Source: a virus
Strand: one strand, 5' to 3'
Virus record (IMG/VR): IMGVR_UViG_3300033997_000406
Location: 1-64,000 of that record
Length of the DNA: 64,000 nt
Positions 28,423 to 38,008 of the stretch are shown here, one piece after another (within the stretch, counting starts at the first letter, position 1; every line of letters starts with the position of its first letter). Both the position numbers and the translations under genes were made by a program. The notes under the pieces are model-generated. The model searched no databases. It saw only the letters and a program-made list of their open reading frames with translations, and was not told where the DNA came from.

Positions 28423-28755
28423 TTACCTCTTCGTTTTCTTTGTACCAAGCTGGTACCGTTTAGGGCATACAGTGCAGCAAGCACGTAAAGAGCCTGAGCG
28501 AGCTTGTTTCAATGTGCCACCACAAGTACATCTACTCTTTTCTAATGCTGGCGCCATTCTTCTGTTTATTTCCTCCACTCTTTTTACTGCCATGTCGTGC
28601 GAAACCTTGGCACCATACAAAGCTTTTGAAATTTTACTGTACTCTCGACTAATCCAACGGCCGCCACTTTCAAGGTGCAAACCATCACCCATCATGTCGC
28701 CTAACTTTATGAGCTGCTGGTGCAGGTACTTTTTATCTTCGTTATCAGCTTCCAT
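28423..28755 (-). CDS. Hypothetical zinc-ribbon phage protein
   Basis: HQQLIKLGDMMGDGLH...CTCGG...CTVC; start reassigned. Confidence 0.6.
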   Translation of the reverse strand: MEADNEDKKYLHQQLIKLGDMMGDGLHLESGGRWISREYSKISKALYGAKVSHDMAVKRVEEINRRMAPALEKSRCTCGGTLKQARSGSLRACCTVCPKRYQLGTKKTKR

Positions 28756-29353
28756 AACTAATAGCTTCCAAAGGCGCATAGAAAGGGTTTTTGTTGCCAG
28801 GCGGGCAGACCAAAGCGACTTTAATAGTTTCAATAGAGCGAAAGCACCAACCACAGTCACTATCCCAATCGGTCCAGCCATTTTTAAGGGTTCTGTAACC
28901 AAGGAAAACACAAGACTCTAACTTGCGTTTTTCTGCTTTCCACACCTTCTTTCTCCGGGTGCGGCCTTGAGGCACAAATTCGTTTTCTTCTCGCCTAAAA
29001 TATCTTTGACTAACAGCTACAGTCTGGCCAAGCTTAAGTGTCTCGCTATCTTGCTTTGCCACTTCAGGCGCTGCTGATTGAGCATCAACCAGAGCTACCG
29101 CTTTTTTTATTTTCTGGTTGAAATCTAAGTGGTCCAAATCCGGATCCGTGCAATTGTCTTTTAGCACCTCATAACCCATAACGATTCTGGCTATTGCACC
29201 TGTGCCCATGGCCTCCAATATATTCAGTATGTGCTTTTGTATTCGTTGCTGTTTGCTTTCACTATTGAGATAGGAATACTCAAGCCTTCCGATATTTCTG
29301 TGAAGCATCCACGCAAGCTTTAAATCGCGCTTTGAGGCTACGGCTAATTTCAT
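28745..29353 (-). CDS. Hypothetical phage protein
   Basis: ORF overlapping neighbours. Confidence 0.55.
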   Translation of the reverse strand: MKLAVASKRDLKLAWMLHRNIGRLEYSYLNSESKQQRIQKHILNILEAMGTGAIARIVMGYEVLKDNCTDPDLDHLDFNQKIKKAVALVDAQSAAPEVAKQDSETLKLGQTVAVSQRYFRREENEFVPQGRTRRKKVWKAEKRKLESCVFLGYRTLKNGWTDWDSDCGWCFRSIETIKVALVCPPGNKNPFYAPLEAISYGS

Positions 29354-30126
29354 ATAGCCACCTTTCCAATCACGCCATTGGTAGTAAGCACTTTAAACTC
29401 AATAACCCACACCCAAGGGTTAGAATCCCAATCACCACCGGTTGAACGCCAAAGTGAAGCAAAAGAATCTAATGCTGTATCCAAGTACGACCGGCCGCCA
29501 GCTTCATAGCCTGGCCAGACCTGCACACCAGCCTTTGGAAATGGGCGAGGCAAAGGGAATGAATAAACACCTTCACTTTCAATGTCCTTATCACTAATTG
29601 ATTGCAGTCGCTCTAATCGTTTTCCGGTAATTTCTAAGATAATTCGACACGCCCAGCGCGGCATGTGAATGGATGGACGCCAAGCAAGATCCCCGCCGCT
29701 CCAGCCAGCTCTGTAAATAGCAAAATCAGGCGTTTGTAACTCTGCTGGAACAGCATTTACCTTGCTGCCACAACCAGACCATTCGAAATAACTCACCTTA
29801 CTGCTATCCCAGGCGGAATGATTGGAAGGTGGATCAGGGATAAATGCCTCACGAACCCAAAGACGATCTCCTTTACTGCCAAAGGGGCACGGCGCAAACA
29901 TTTGCATTTCCTCTACGCAAGCTAACTCAGACTCGCCAAAGCAACCAAAGCCATATCGACTATCTCTTTGAGCAATAGCCATCCAGTTGTAACGTGCATC
30001 ATCACTATCATTGTTCTGCCTCTGAGGAACCTGCCATTTTGGCACCACTCGGCGCGTTGCACCCTTTTTCCCAGCTAAAATTGATTCAACCATCGCCGTA
30101 TTAAAAAAGATCGGTAACTCTTTCAT
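29350..30126 (-). CDS. ASCH/PUA-like 'morphogenetic' protein (P1 PmgT-like)
   Basis: PIFFNTAMV..IL.GKK..TRR, CPFG..GDRLWVRE, WRPSIHMPRWA, WDSNPWVWVIEF. Confidence 0.8.
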   Translation of the reverse strand: MKELPIFFNTAMVESILAGKKGATRRVVPKWQVPQRQNNDSDDARYNWMAIAQRDSRYGFGCFGESELACVEEMQMFAPCPFGSKGDRLWVREAFIPDPPSNHSAWDSSKVSYFEWSGCGSKVNAVPAELQTPDFAIYRAGWSGGDLAWRPSIHMPRWACRIILEITGKRLERLQSISDKDIESEGVYSFPLPRPFPKAGVQVWPGYEAGGRSYLDTALDSFASLWRSTGGDWDSNPWVWVIEFKVLTTNGVIGKVAI

Positions 30127-30140
30127 ATTGAGCCTTATAC

Positions 30141-30356
30141 CTAAATAGGAATATCGCTATCTGCATCGACAGCAGGCGGTGCCGCTACCCATTTAAGCAG
30201 TGGGTATCTGCCATCAAGGTAGAAACCAGCGCCAGCAGGTTCTTTTGGTATTTGTGGCATTACAGCAACACACGTTTCGCAGTAACAGCGATAGCCGCCC
30301 GCGTTATCCTCTGTCAGGGCGACATCGCACCCTGGACAGAACACGCCATCAAACAT
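30141..30356 (-). CDS. Small Cys-rich protein
   Basis: CPGC...CETC. Confidence 0.45.
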   Translation of the reverse strand: MFDGVFCPGCDVALTEDNAGGYRCYCETCVAVMPQIPKEPAGAGFYLDGRYPLLKWVAAPPAVDADSDIPI

Positions 30357-31503
30357 TGACTGTACGACCGCCATTATGTGAAGGAGCTGAAACAACCCCG
30401 TCTTGCTCCATAGCCTCAACTATGCGAGCGGCACGGTTATAACCAATGCGGAACTTTCGCTGAATACTGGACACGCTGCAGCTGTTGCTTTCACGAATAA
30501 AAGTAACGGCTTGGCCATAAAGAGGATCAGAGGCGCCACCATCTAATTCAGATGATGCAGCTGGCTCCTTAGTTTTTTGCTCTTCGGACACTTCCGAACC
30601 GTCATACTGGTTGCCTACAAGCAAGGCATCAATGGATGTACTGATAATGGAGTGCATCAGGATAAGGTCAGCATCTAAGCGGGCCTTAATATCATCCCAA
30701 CCCAGCTCAGTATTTTGACCGACTAGCAGGTCGTGATATTTAAGACCGGTAATAACTCCGCTATCCCGGATAACAAAAGATATTTCACTTGGCTTACACA
30801 GCCCTATCAGGACCACTAACTTGTCCTGCAAATGCGATTGAACTTCGTCAGACATGATCAGGTGATTATCAAAGCGCGCCTTACCGCCTTCCTCATCCGG
30901 GGCTTTAAACTCTACCTTGCTGCCCTGCTCAAAACCTGCAGGTAGGTTTTCGCCTTTAGTCCACAGAGCCAAGTTGCCGTTTAATTTATGGTTATCAAAC
31001 AAGGGCAAAGCAGGCAAAGAGCCAATTGACTTACGCAACAACGCCACAATAGTCTCAGCAACACTATGGCTAGATGTGCCAATAGCGATAATGTGGCGCT
31101 TTTTATCGTAATAACCATGCACTACCCTAGAGCGACTAAACGCTCTTGGCATTAGGGTTTGACGCAATTCAGATTTAAGGGCTTCTTTTTCTTTTTTTGC
31201 TAAATGGCGGCCCTTTTCGCGCTCAAGGTCTTTTATTTTTGGCGCCAGCTCTTCGTTCAGCACGTCTGAGGGCAATATCTTTTCTTCTTTCTTGACCGCA
31301 AAAACAATTAAATCACTGGATTCGTAGGTGTAACCTTCAAACGACTCATGGAGCGGCGTAGTAAAACCCTGCTTCATCGACTCTTGTGAGGTGCAAGCGG
31401 TAAACTTAAACGCCGCTAAAGCCTCACCCAATTGAACCGCACCAAGAGCCAGTGGCTCTGTCACACGATATAAAATCAAACTTTTAAAATGTACAAACGC
31501 CAT
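30349..31503 (-). CDS. rdgC: RdgC (P1 HrdC-like) fused to FtsK gamma domain
   Basis: [21 protein letters not shown] RdgC motifs; C-terminal [29 protein letters not shown]. Confidence 0.9.
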   Translation of the reverse strand: MAFVHFKSLILYRVTEPLALGAVQLGEALAAFKFTACTSQESMKQGFTTPLHESFEGYTYESSDLIVFAVKKEEKILPSDVLNEELAPKIKDLEREKGRHLAKKEKEALKSELRQTLMPRAFSRSRVVHGYYDKKRHIIAIGTSSHSVAETIVALLRKSIGSLPALPLFDNHKLNGNLALWTKGENLPAGFEQGSKVEFKAPDEEGGKARFDNHLIMSDEVQSHLQDKLVVLIGLCKPSEISFVIRDSGVITGLKYHDLLVGQNTELGWDDIKARLDADLILMHSIISTSIDALLVGNQYDGSEVSEEQKTKEPAASSELDGGASDPLYGQAVTFIRESNSCSVSSIQRKFRIGYNRAARIVEAMEQDGVVSAPSHNGGRTVNV

Positions 31504-31513
31504 AAACCCCACT

Positions 31514-31534
31514 CCAATTAACAATGTCAATCCC
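31514..31534. repeat. 21-bp repeat with palindromic core, copy 1
   Basis: CCAATTAACAATGTCAATCCC identical at 44804-44824; 16-bp core inverted at 34936-34951. Confidence 0.65.
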
Positions 31535-31595
31535 AATTAAATCAACAACTTAATAAAAACAAAAACGCCAGAAATTATCTGGCGTCACATACTAA

Positions 31596-31781
31596 TTAAT
31601 CGTCGTATTCAAATTCTCTTTTACGCCGGATCCGCTCCTGCACTTCTTCAATCCGGTTTCTGGTTTGCAATACATTGCGGCCGCCAGAAGTGGAGCGACT
31701 AGCTTCACGCAAGCTATGTATCTCACTGTCTCTTACAACAGCACCAGCAATGTAAGGCGGGTTAATCGGCGCTCTGCTCAT
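31596..31781 (-). CDS. Small hypothetical protein
   Basis: ORF followed by terminator 31561-31586. Confidence 0.5.
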   Translation of the reverse strand: MSRAPINPPYIAGAVVRDSEIHSLREASRSTSGGRNVLQTRNRIEEVQERIRRKREFEYDD

Positions 31782-32103
31782 ATAAGGGATCTCCTAATTG
31801 TGGGGCGGCCTGAACCATTTTTGTGTAATCGAGTCGGCAATAGACTTCATCTTCCGGCTGAAACTTGTCACCAAGGGCAGCTTTAACCTGAGGCGCAGTA
31901 GCGTCGACTGGTACAACTCTGTGCGTTTCTGGCACCAATGCCAGCTTCGCGCTGAACGTATCCACCAGTGCAGCGGCAGAAATGCGCTGGATCATGCTGA
32001 TGGCCGTAGGGGGCGTTACAGTCCTGTCGGTTGCAACGTTTAAAATCATCGCCATGGCTGCTTTTAGTGAGTCATGTCGTTTTTGTAGGTTTTCGCTTTC
32101 CAT
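31762..32103 (-). CDS. Hypothetical phage protein
   Basis: VPETHRVVPVDAT...Y..MVQAAP motif common in phage early proteins. Confidence 0.55.
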   Translation of the reverse strand: MESENLQKRHDSLKAAMAMILNVATDRTVTPPTAISMIQRISAAALVDTFSAKLALVPETHRVVPVDATAPQVKAALGDKFQPEDEVYCRLDYTKMVQAAPQLGDPLYEQSAD

Positions 32104-32190
32104 TTTCGATCTGCCCTATTTTTTTGGCGCTATTACCAGTAACGCCTACTTATCCGCACCATTGCGGAAACCTGACACCAAATCAGCTCA

Positions 32191-32568
32191 TCAAACGTAA
32201 TGACCTTCCTGCTTTTTTGGGGTAGAACCATTGGTTACACGGCCTCGGGGCAAACAAGAGCCAACGGCTAAAGAAGATAAATAACGATTAAACTTGGTAA
32301 GTGCTTTGGCGGCATCCTCACCTTGCAGCTCGCAGCCAGTGCGGATCAGTTCAATCATTTCATTTGAATAGGCCGCAATGTCGGCGGCACTGATAGTCAG
32401 GTATTCGGGCAGCTTCATTGCATCGGAAAGGCTAATGCGGCAATTAGTGCATTGACTGCAACCAAACTCACAGGCAGGACATGCAACGGTACCACTTGAA
32501 AGCGAGCTTAATAGCCTGGCTAACTTCCAGCGTTTAAAGACTTGATGCTTAACTTTTGACATCTGCAT
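32191..32568 (-). CDS. Cys-rich hypothetical protein
   Basis: CPACEFGCSQC. Confidence 0.5.
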   Translation of the reverse strand: MQMSKVKHQVFKRWKLARLLSSLSSGTVACPACEFGCSQCTNCRISLSDAMKLPEYLTISAADIAAYSNEMIELIRTGCELQGEDAAKALTKFNRYLSSLAVGSCLPRGRVTNGSTPKKQEGHYV

Positions 32569-32779
32569 TTTGCTCCGAGCTACGCAGCAACTCCAGCTGC
32601 TGATCCTGTGACAAATCAGAGAACCACAAGATGGCCGCTCTAACGATGTGGCTCTTGCTTACCCTCCCCATTTTTTCCAACAGTTTTTGGTGGGCAGAAT
32701 CAAGACGCTCTTCGTCTTTTTTGCTAAAGGAAAAAGCTGATGGCTTGTAAGTTGGTTCGTTGCTATTTGATTGCGTCAT
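32549..32779 (-). CDS. Ribbon-helix-helix (CopG-like) protein
   Basis: SAFSFSKKDEERLD...VSKSHIVRAAI. Confidence 0.65.
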   Translation of the reverse strand: MTQSNSNEPTYKPSAFSFSKKDEERLDSAHQKLLEKMGRVSKSHIVRAAILWFSDLSQDQQLELLRSSEQNADVKS

Positions 32780-32797
32780 TTTTCGGCTGCGACCTTA

Positions 32798-32832
32798 TTA
32801 ACTGTTATTAATAATAATATCCTAACAGATAA
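32798..32832. promoter_or_regulatory. Oppositely oriented operator pair
   Basis: TTAACTGTTATTAATAA and AATATCCTAACAGATAA. Confidence 0.55.
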
Positions 32833-32902
32833 CATGCAATAAATTGAACGTATTTTAATATCACTGGAAAAACGAACAGTATTACTTTGGCAAAAAAGGC
32901 TG

Positions 32903-32976
32903 GATCATGCGGGCGGATCGGATCTACACTGGCCGCCTTTAATTTCAATAGATCTATTCCGATCCTTGGATAGATC
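32903..32976. other. GATC cluster, putative replication origin or Dam-sensitive promoter
   Basis: Six GATC in 74 bp upstream of rep. Confidence 0.5.
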
Positions 32977-33037
32977 AACTATGATAATTTGAATACAAAT
33001 AGGGGGTTAGATGAATGAAGTCATAAAACGCGGGCAA

Positions 33038-33174
33038 TAAAAAAGGACTCTTTGGCGGGAGTCCTTTTTTACGAATTTGATGTTCTAAATCGTTTGGCGG
33101 CGTTTTAGAACTGAAAGTTCGAAACTAATTGTTGAACAGCTGAGCTGTTGTTTTCACTAACATCAACCAATCGC
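33038..33174 (-). ncRNA. Putative counter-transcribed antisense RNA of rep leader
   Basis: Minus-strand TTGACC-17-TAATAT promoter (33209..33181); terminator AAAAAAGGACTC-TTTGGCGG-GAGTCCTTTTTT; second TTTGGCGG-loop hairpin. Confidence 0.6.
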
Positions 33175-33244
33175 AAGTTGATATTAGTGAAAAACGCGCA
33201 GCGGGTCAACTCATCCTTAAAAAAATTGTATAGAGAATATACTA

Positions 33245-34081
33245 ATGGACGAGAATTTTACGATCCGGCACAGTGCTGCCCTTATTTCAGCTATTGAGCT
33301 GATGATGTCTACCAAAGTCATAAAGTCAGGTTTAGGAAAAACGATGCAGGCAATAGCTGCATTTTGGAACCCAAGCGGCAATATCTACCCTTCACAATCC
33401 ACGCTGGCCAGCATGACCGGCATACACCGCAGAACCATTATTACCCACATTAAAACTTTGACCGGAATGGCAGTGGTTGAAACCACCACTAGACCGGGGC
33501 GCTATTACAACGGCGAGAAAGTGGCCAGCACACTGATGTATTCATTCAACACGGAAAAGCTGGGCGAACTATTCAGAAAGGCTAAGGCGAAACTCAAAGC
33601 GCAAGCTATTGCCACGGCCAGAAAGGCCAGAAAAGATCACTTCAAAGCACTGCAAAATGATCACACTAACAGAGCTAAAGCTCAGGCCGATAAGATCACT
33701 GTCAGCCAGGCGCTGGCAGACTGGTTTAAATCTCTTTGTCAAAAGGCTTTCAACGCAGAAGTGCGCCACAAAGAAAAGCTGGTGCAGCAACAGGCCTACA
33801 AAAGCGGCATAGAGCGCAATAGGATAGCCAGAGGCGAATTATTTAGCCGCGCTGAGCGCAAGCGAAGGGCTGAGGAAGCTAAGCGAGTGCAACCAGAGCG
33901 CGAGAATGCACAGCAGCTGCATGAACGCATAGTTACCCTTAGCAAGGCTGCCCTTATCAACAAATTTTCGCCTGGCGCATTTACAGACGCCATGTACTAC
34001 GAACTGATGAACATATCGAAGCAAGGGCAGTTACTCGACATCGCTACAAGAATGGCACTGAGCGCGTATAAAGCCGCTTAA
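33245..34081 (+). CDS. HTH replication initiator-like protein
   Basis: YPSQSTLASMTGIHRRTIITHIKTL wHTH; structured leader; GATC clusters. Confidence 0.7.
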   Translation: MDENFTIRHSAALISAIELMMSTKVIKSGLGKTMQAIAAFWNPSGNIYPSQSTLASMTGIHRRTIITHIKTLTGMAVVETTTRPGRYYNGEKVASTLMYSFNTEKLGELFRKAKAKLKAQAIATARKARKDHFKALQNDHTNRAKAQADKITVSQALADWFKSLCQKAFNAEVRHKEKLVQQQAYKSGIERNRIARGELFSRAERKRRAEEAKRVQPERENAQQLHERIVTLSKAALINKFSPGAFTDAMYYELMNISKQGQLLDIATRMALSAYKAA

Positions 34082-34154
34082 AAGGATCACAGCTGGAGCT
34101 ATAAAAAGATCACACTAACAAAGCTAAAGCTTAAGCCTATAGGATCACTGTCAG
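33659..34154 (+). repeat. 47-bp direct repeat (33659-33705 and 34108-34154)
   Basis: 42/47 identical, GATCAC near both ends, third GATCAC upstream of each copy. Confidence 0.75.
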
Positions 34155-34240
34155 TAAACTGACGGTACTTTGCTCTTTAACATGATGGATTAACGCCCAA
34201 TTTAGCGCCCCACTTATCCTACCCATGCTTTCATCAACAT

Positions 34241-34675
34241 ATGGAGGGTAAGCAATTGAGCCAATTAAAAGTGTATGCAGGGCTGGCTGTGGCTGCTGCA
34301 GTACTGGCACTGTCTGTTTTTGGTTATTTCCACTACCAAGGCAAGCTTGAGCAGATAAAAACGTTAAATAACGACATATCAGCAAAAGACACGCTGATAG
34401 GTGAAAAGAACCAGTCGATTTTGCAGCTGGAAACAACAGCCAAAGATAACAGTGAAGCACTGGAAAACCTTAAGAAGCAGAACAAAGACATTGATTCAGC
34501 TCGGGCCGACCTAGCTATCACTAACAAGGCTTTATCAAGTGAATTAACAGCTGCAGAAACTGAGCTACAAGAATGGGCGCTAAAAAATGAAATCAACGAT
34601 GTTTGTATTAATAGCGATATGCCTGATCACATTATCAGGATGCTCGACAAAGCCACCGGCAGAGCCGCAAATTAA
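34241..34675 (+). CDS. Rz-like inner-membrane spanin
   Basis: N-terminal TM, coiled coil, C-terminal C...MPD.IIRML. Confidence 0.75.
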   Translation: MEGKQLSQLKVYAGLAVAAAVLALSVFGYFHYQGKLEQIKTLNNDISAKDTLIGEKNQSILQLETTAKDNSEALENLKKQNKDIDSARADLAITNKALSSELTAAETELQEWALKNEINDVCINSDMPDHIIRMLDKATGRAAN

Positions 34676-34907
34676 GTATGTAACGAAAGTAGAAGTACAA
34701 CGAGTTACTGTAGACCAGTCAATGACCGAGCCTTGCACTCTGGCGCAACGAACCGGTAAAAAGTGGGTGGACGGCACGAACCTAACTTTAAAGCTTGCTA
34801 CAGCACTGGTGCAGTGCAACAACAAGCTTCTGAAGATAGAGAAATGCTACGGCCCCAATGGTAGTACAGACAGCCCCGAATGTACCAATAAAAAAAGCGC
34901 CCAATAG
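34587..34907 (+). CDS. Rz1-like outer-membrane lipoprotein spanin
   Basis: Lipobox LSGC, overlapping frame, MTEPC...ALVQCN. Confidence 0.8.
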   Translation: MKSTMFVLIAICLITLSGCSTKPPAEPQIKYVTKVEVQRVTVDQSMTEPCTLAQRTGKKWVDGTNLTLKLATALVQCNNKLLKIEKCYGPNGSTDSPECTNKKSAQ

Positions 34908-35011
34908 TGGCGCTTTAACTTATTGAATTTACTAAGATTGACATTGTTAATCGGGAGCTGATTCTTAAGCTAAAAAGACTAACATCCGTGTCAGCCAAGG
35001 GAGAAAGTCAG

Positions 35012-35305
35012 TTAGTTTTTTGTGTATTCCATGTACTTCAATGTGTTTTCAGGCCCACCCAAAACATCATTTAATGCCGTAACCCGCTCGGCCTCCAGTT
35101 GAATATCAACCCGCCTGGATTTTGTTTCTTCAGCTTTAACGACTTCACTATAAAGCGGGTGAACCACAAACGCCGTTAACGCCAATACAAAGAACAATGC
35201 CAAATTAATTGCCACCCCTTGCCTGTTACTACTCTTAACAGACCATAGGGCCAGAGCAAAGAAGCACAAAGCCGCTGTAATAATTACGACTGATATATTC
35301 ATCAT
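35012..35305 (-). CDS. Small membrane protein
   Basis: Two TM segments, downstream of pro. Confidence 0.55.
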   Translation of the reverse strand: MMNISVVIITAALCFFALALWSVKSSNRQGVAINLALFFVLALTAFVVHPLYSEVVKAEETKSRRVDIQLEAERVTALNDVLGGPENTLKYMEYTKN

Positions 35306-36237
35306 TACTTCCATGTAAGGCCAGTTGTCATTTGCACCAAATCATCTATTTGAGAATTGGACGAACGCTGCTGAACAGATACCTTGACAGCTTCATGCGG
35401 GAACTGGCTTAAGTCTGTTTTTTGTATAGAGCTAAGCAGCTGCACAATATCCCCTATATCTTCCGGCCCCTGGCGCACGAATGCCGCTTTTTGGTCATCG
35501 GTCAGCATAAACGGCAGCTTATCCAAGGCAGCTGATAACCGTGACTTTCTGGACTCTTCTTGCTCTAAAAGGCTGGATACAATTAAATCAGTTAGAGCCG
35601 CTGCATCACTTTCCGGCTGAGCAGTGAAGCGGTTTAGCATTTTCCCTGCATCTTCTTCACCAAACTCAGACTTAAGGCTTGATAGCAGCTGATCCTGCTG
35701 CTCAGACACTGAAGAAAGCAGCATGTTCTGACGATGAATTGGGATGAAATTAGGCTGTCTAACAAAATCGAAACCTTTGAATGAGGTAGCTAAACTGGCT
35801 TCGCCTCGCTCTGTTCCATCGCGGCCGGACATAGCCCAGCTGAAACCACCAAAACCTTGCTTGTAAAGGTCATAAGCTTTACGGCCCAGCTCTGTGTCCG
35901 CAAACTCTTGCTCATGGGTTACATCACCGTTATCAGCCACTTCAACAGATAAGGTTCTGATAATGGGCTCTACGTTTACTACAACAGCCTTACCGTCTAC
36001 CTGTATAACTTCAAACTCTGTTGGGTCAATCTTGCCTGTTAACTGGCGGATACGATGGCCCCAATAGCCAACGGCTTCACCTAACCGGATCCGCTCCAAT
36101 GTTTCACCGGCAGAAAACACCTTTTTAAGGGCCGCTAACTGGAAGCTCTGCGGTGCCGGGTTAAATTTGCGGCCATCACGCAAAATATTGAATGTCTCTT
36201 TTGCCCGCATTGGGCTTGCGCCTGTACTATTGCTCAT
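35305..36237 (-). CDS. pro: Prohead protease (P1 Pro-like)
   Basis: GYWGH.IR, HEQEF, GGFSWAM, GFDFV.QPNF; follows portal. Confidence 0.8.
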   Translation of the reverse strand: MSNSTGASPMRAKETFNILRDGRKFNPAPQSFQLAALKKVFSAGETLERIRLGEAVGYWGHRIRQLTGKIDPTEFEVIQVDGKAVVVNVEPIIRTLSVEVADNGDVTHEQEFADTELGRKAYDLYKQGFGGFSWAMSGRDGTERGEASLATSFKGFDFVRQPNFIPIHRQNMLLSSVSEQQDQLLSSLKSEFGEEDAGKMLNRFTAQPESDAAALTDLIVSSLLEQEESRKSRLSAALDKLPFMLTDDQKAAFVRQGPEDIGDIVQLLSSIQKTDLSQFPHEAVKVSVQQRSSNSQIDDLVQMTTGLTWK

Positions 36238-37924
36238 TGCTCACTCCTAATAACTTTTTCAAAACCTTTTGCATCAACATTTGTTCAACTTCATCACCAT
36301 GCAATTGCATAAGCTGCTCTGCTGCCTGCTCTAATTTCATGGATGACATAACCATATCGCCGCCTTCACCGCCCTCATCAGCACCAGCCGCTTTAATGTC
36401 AGCAAGAACCTGCTTCATTTGTTCGTCATCTAAATCAAGGGCACCCTCTAACAGGGCTTTGGTAAGCAGTGGTGATCGCTGAGTTGCACCGTTAGCAATC
36501 GCATCAACAAGCGTTGCAATGACAGTGGCATAGTTCGCCCGGCTTTCGCGGGCCTCGTTTTCTGATTCAGCTATAGAGGTGTTTAAGCTGTTGAATTGCA
36601 CAGACCATGGCTTGGCCATGTCGGCCGGCACCACCTTTTTGTATTTGTACCAAAAGTGCAAATCAAGGGCGCGATTTATCATTGTGCTTGCAGCCTGGCG
36701 AATCCATGTAGCTCGCCTTGCCGCTTGAATGCTTTGCTGAAAGAAGCCGCCTTCACCTAAACCGCCCGACAGCAAATCAGCCCAACCCATCATTGTCACA
36801 TCAATACCTAAAGAGGCCGTCAAACGCTTCAGATGAAACATGATGTCCTCTATGTCAGAAATGTTCGGATCAGTTCTGTTCGTGTCGATAGTCATCTGGC
36901 CTTTCCCACCATGGACAGGGATAAGACTGTTATTAATAAGCGGTCGAAGGCTTTTTAAAACGGCTCTGCGCTCCTGATTTTCTTGGTTCGCTTTCAGCTG
37001 ACTTGCTATGTAGTTGGAATATTCTGCTGCCGCTATTGGGTCTAAGCCTTCCATAGGAACCAACATCATGCGATCAATGCGACTGGCGTTTTTACGGCTG
37101 CCACGCATTGAATCAATTGCTTCCACCAGGTCGCGCCATGGACCGAAGCTGTTTTCTAAGAAGCTATGGCCATAGTCCTGTGTCTCTACAATCATTTGAT
37201 CGTAGACATCATCAAACAGCGAATAGATGGCAGAGCCGAAGTGCTCTGGTTCGCGTGTGGGGTCGGCAACGTGATACGGCACTTTCATTGATATTAATGA
37301 CCAGGGCGGAGCTAACTGAACTGTGCCCGTATGCTGCTTATCCCGTAAATACTGGTTTGTGTAGCCCGCAAGCAATCCGCTGCGCGTGTACTCCCGCACA
37401 AACTGAGGCAACGTGTAGAAAGAGCTTTCAAAGTGGGTGATACCCACGCCGTCTTTTGCATAAGGCCTGATGTAGTTCACGCCGTAGGTGCACATGGTTT
37501 TAGCCCAGTTCACGATATTGGCATTAATCAGCTTCATTACACCGGCATTAAGCTCTGCTATCAGTTCGTCATGTTCTGGAGCTGTCGATTTAAGCTCAAT
37601 GATAATTCCGGTTTTTGAGTCGGCCGATAGCGCATGTGTTAAGTGCATATCTATTGCATCGCTAACAATAGAGTCAGTGGCCATCAGTGAAAACGTTGCA
37701 TACCGGGCTGATCTGTCTTTGCTAAGCCCTAAATTGCTGAGGCTGTCCGATTCGTCAATATCATCTGTTTCACCACCCAAGCTGCCATACACACCGCTTA
37801 GCGGGGAGTCTTGCACGAAAACATTATTGTGCTGGCTATCGGTTTCTTTGTAGGCAGGAAATAGCGTGGAATAAAAAGATTTTAAGCCATCAATTATTGG
37901 GTTTTTGCTCTGTTTTTCACTCAT
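36227..37924 (-). CDS. prt: Portal protein (P1 Prt-like)
   Basis: 565 aa; GWADLLSGGLGEGGFF motif; divergent from darB. Confidence 0.85.
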   Translation of the reverse strand: MSEKQSKNPIIDGLKSFYSTLFPAYKETDSQHNNVFVQDSPLSGVYGSLGGETDDIDESDSLSNLGLSKDRSARYATFSLMATDSIVSDAIDMHLTHALSADSKTGIIIELKSTAPEHDELIAELNAGVMKLINANIVNWAKTMCTYGVNYIRPYAKDGVGITHFESSFYTLPQFVREYTRSGLLAGYTNQYLRDKQHTGTVQLAPPWSLISMKVPYHVADPTREPEHFGSAIYSLFDDVYDQMIVETQDYGHSFLENSFGPWRDLVEAIDSMRGSRKNASRIDRMMLVPMEGLDPIAAAEYSNYIASQLKANQENQERRAVLKSLRPLINNSLIPVHGGKGQMTIDTNRTDPNISDIEDIMFHLKRLTASLGIDVTMMGWADLLSGGLGEGGFFQQSIQAARRATWIRQAASTMINRALDLHFWYKYKKVVPADMAKPWSVQFNSLNTSIAESENEARESRANYATVIATLVDAIANGATQRSPLLTKALLEGALDLDDEQMKQVLADIKAAGADEGGEGGDMVMSSMKLEQAAEQLMQLHGDEVEQMLMQKVLKKLLGVSNEQ

Positions 37925-37937
37925 TAATTAACCGCTA

Positions 37938-37954
37938 TTAACTGTTAGTATAAA
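37938..37954 (-). promoter_or_regulatory. 17-bp repeated operator between prt and darB
   Basis: TTTATACTAACAGTTAA (minus). Confidence 0.6.
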
Positions 37955-38008
37955 CTGATTAACGCGATCATAAATTCGACGCGCATTAAACAGAAGAGAG
38001 CAAACCCA

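Noticed and set aside
33659-34154. 47-bp repeat pair as DGR template/variable repeats
   Set aside because: The mismatches (G/A, C/T, G/A, G/T, A/G) are not adenine-specific, the repeat is short, and no reverse transcriptase is present in the window
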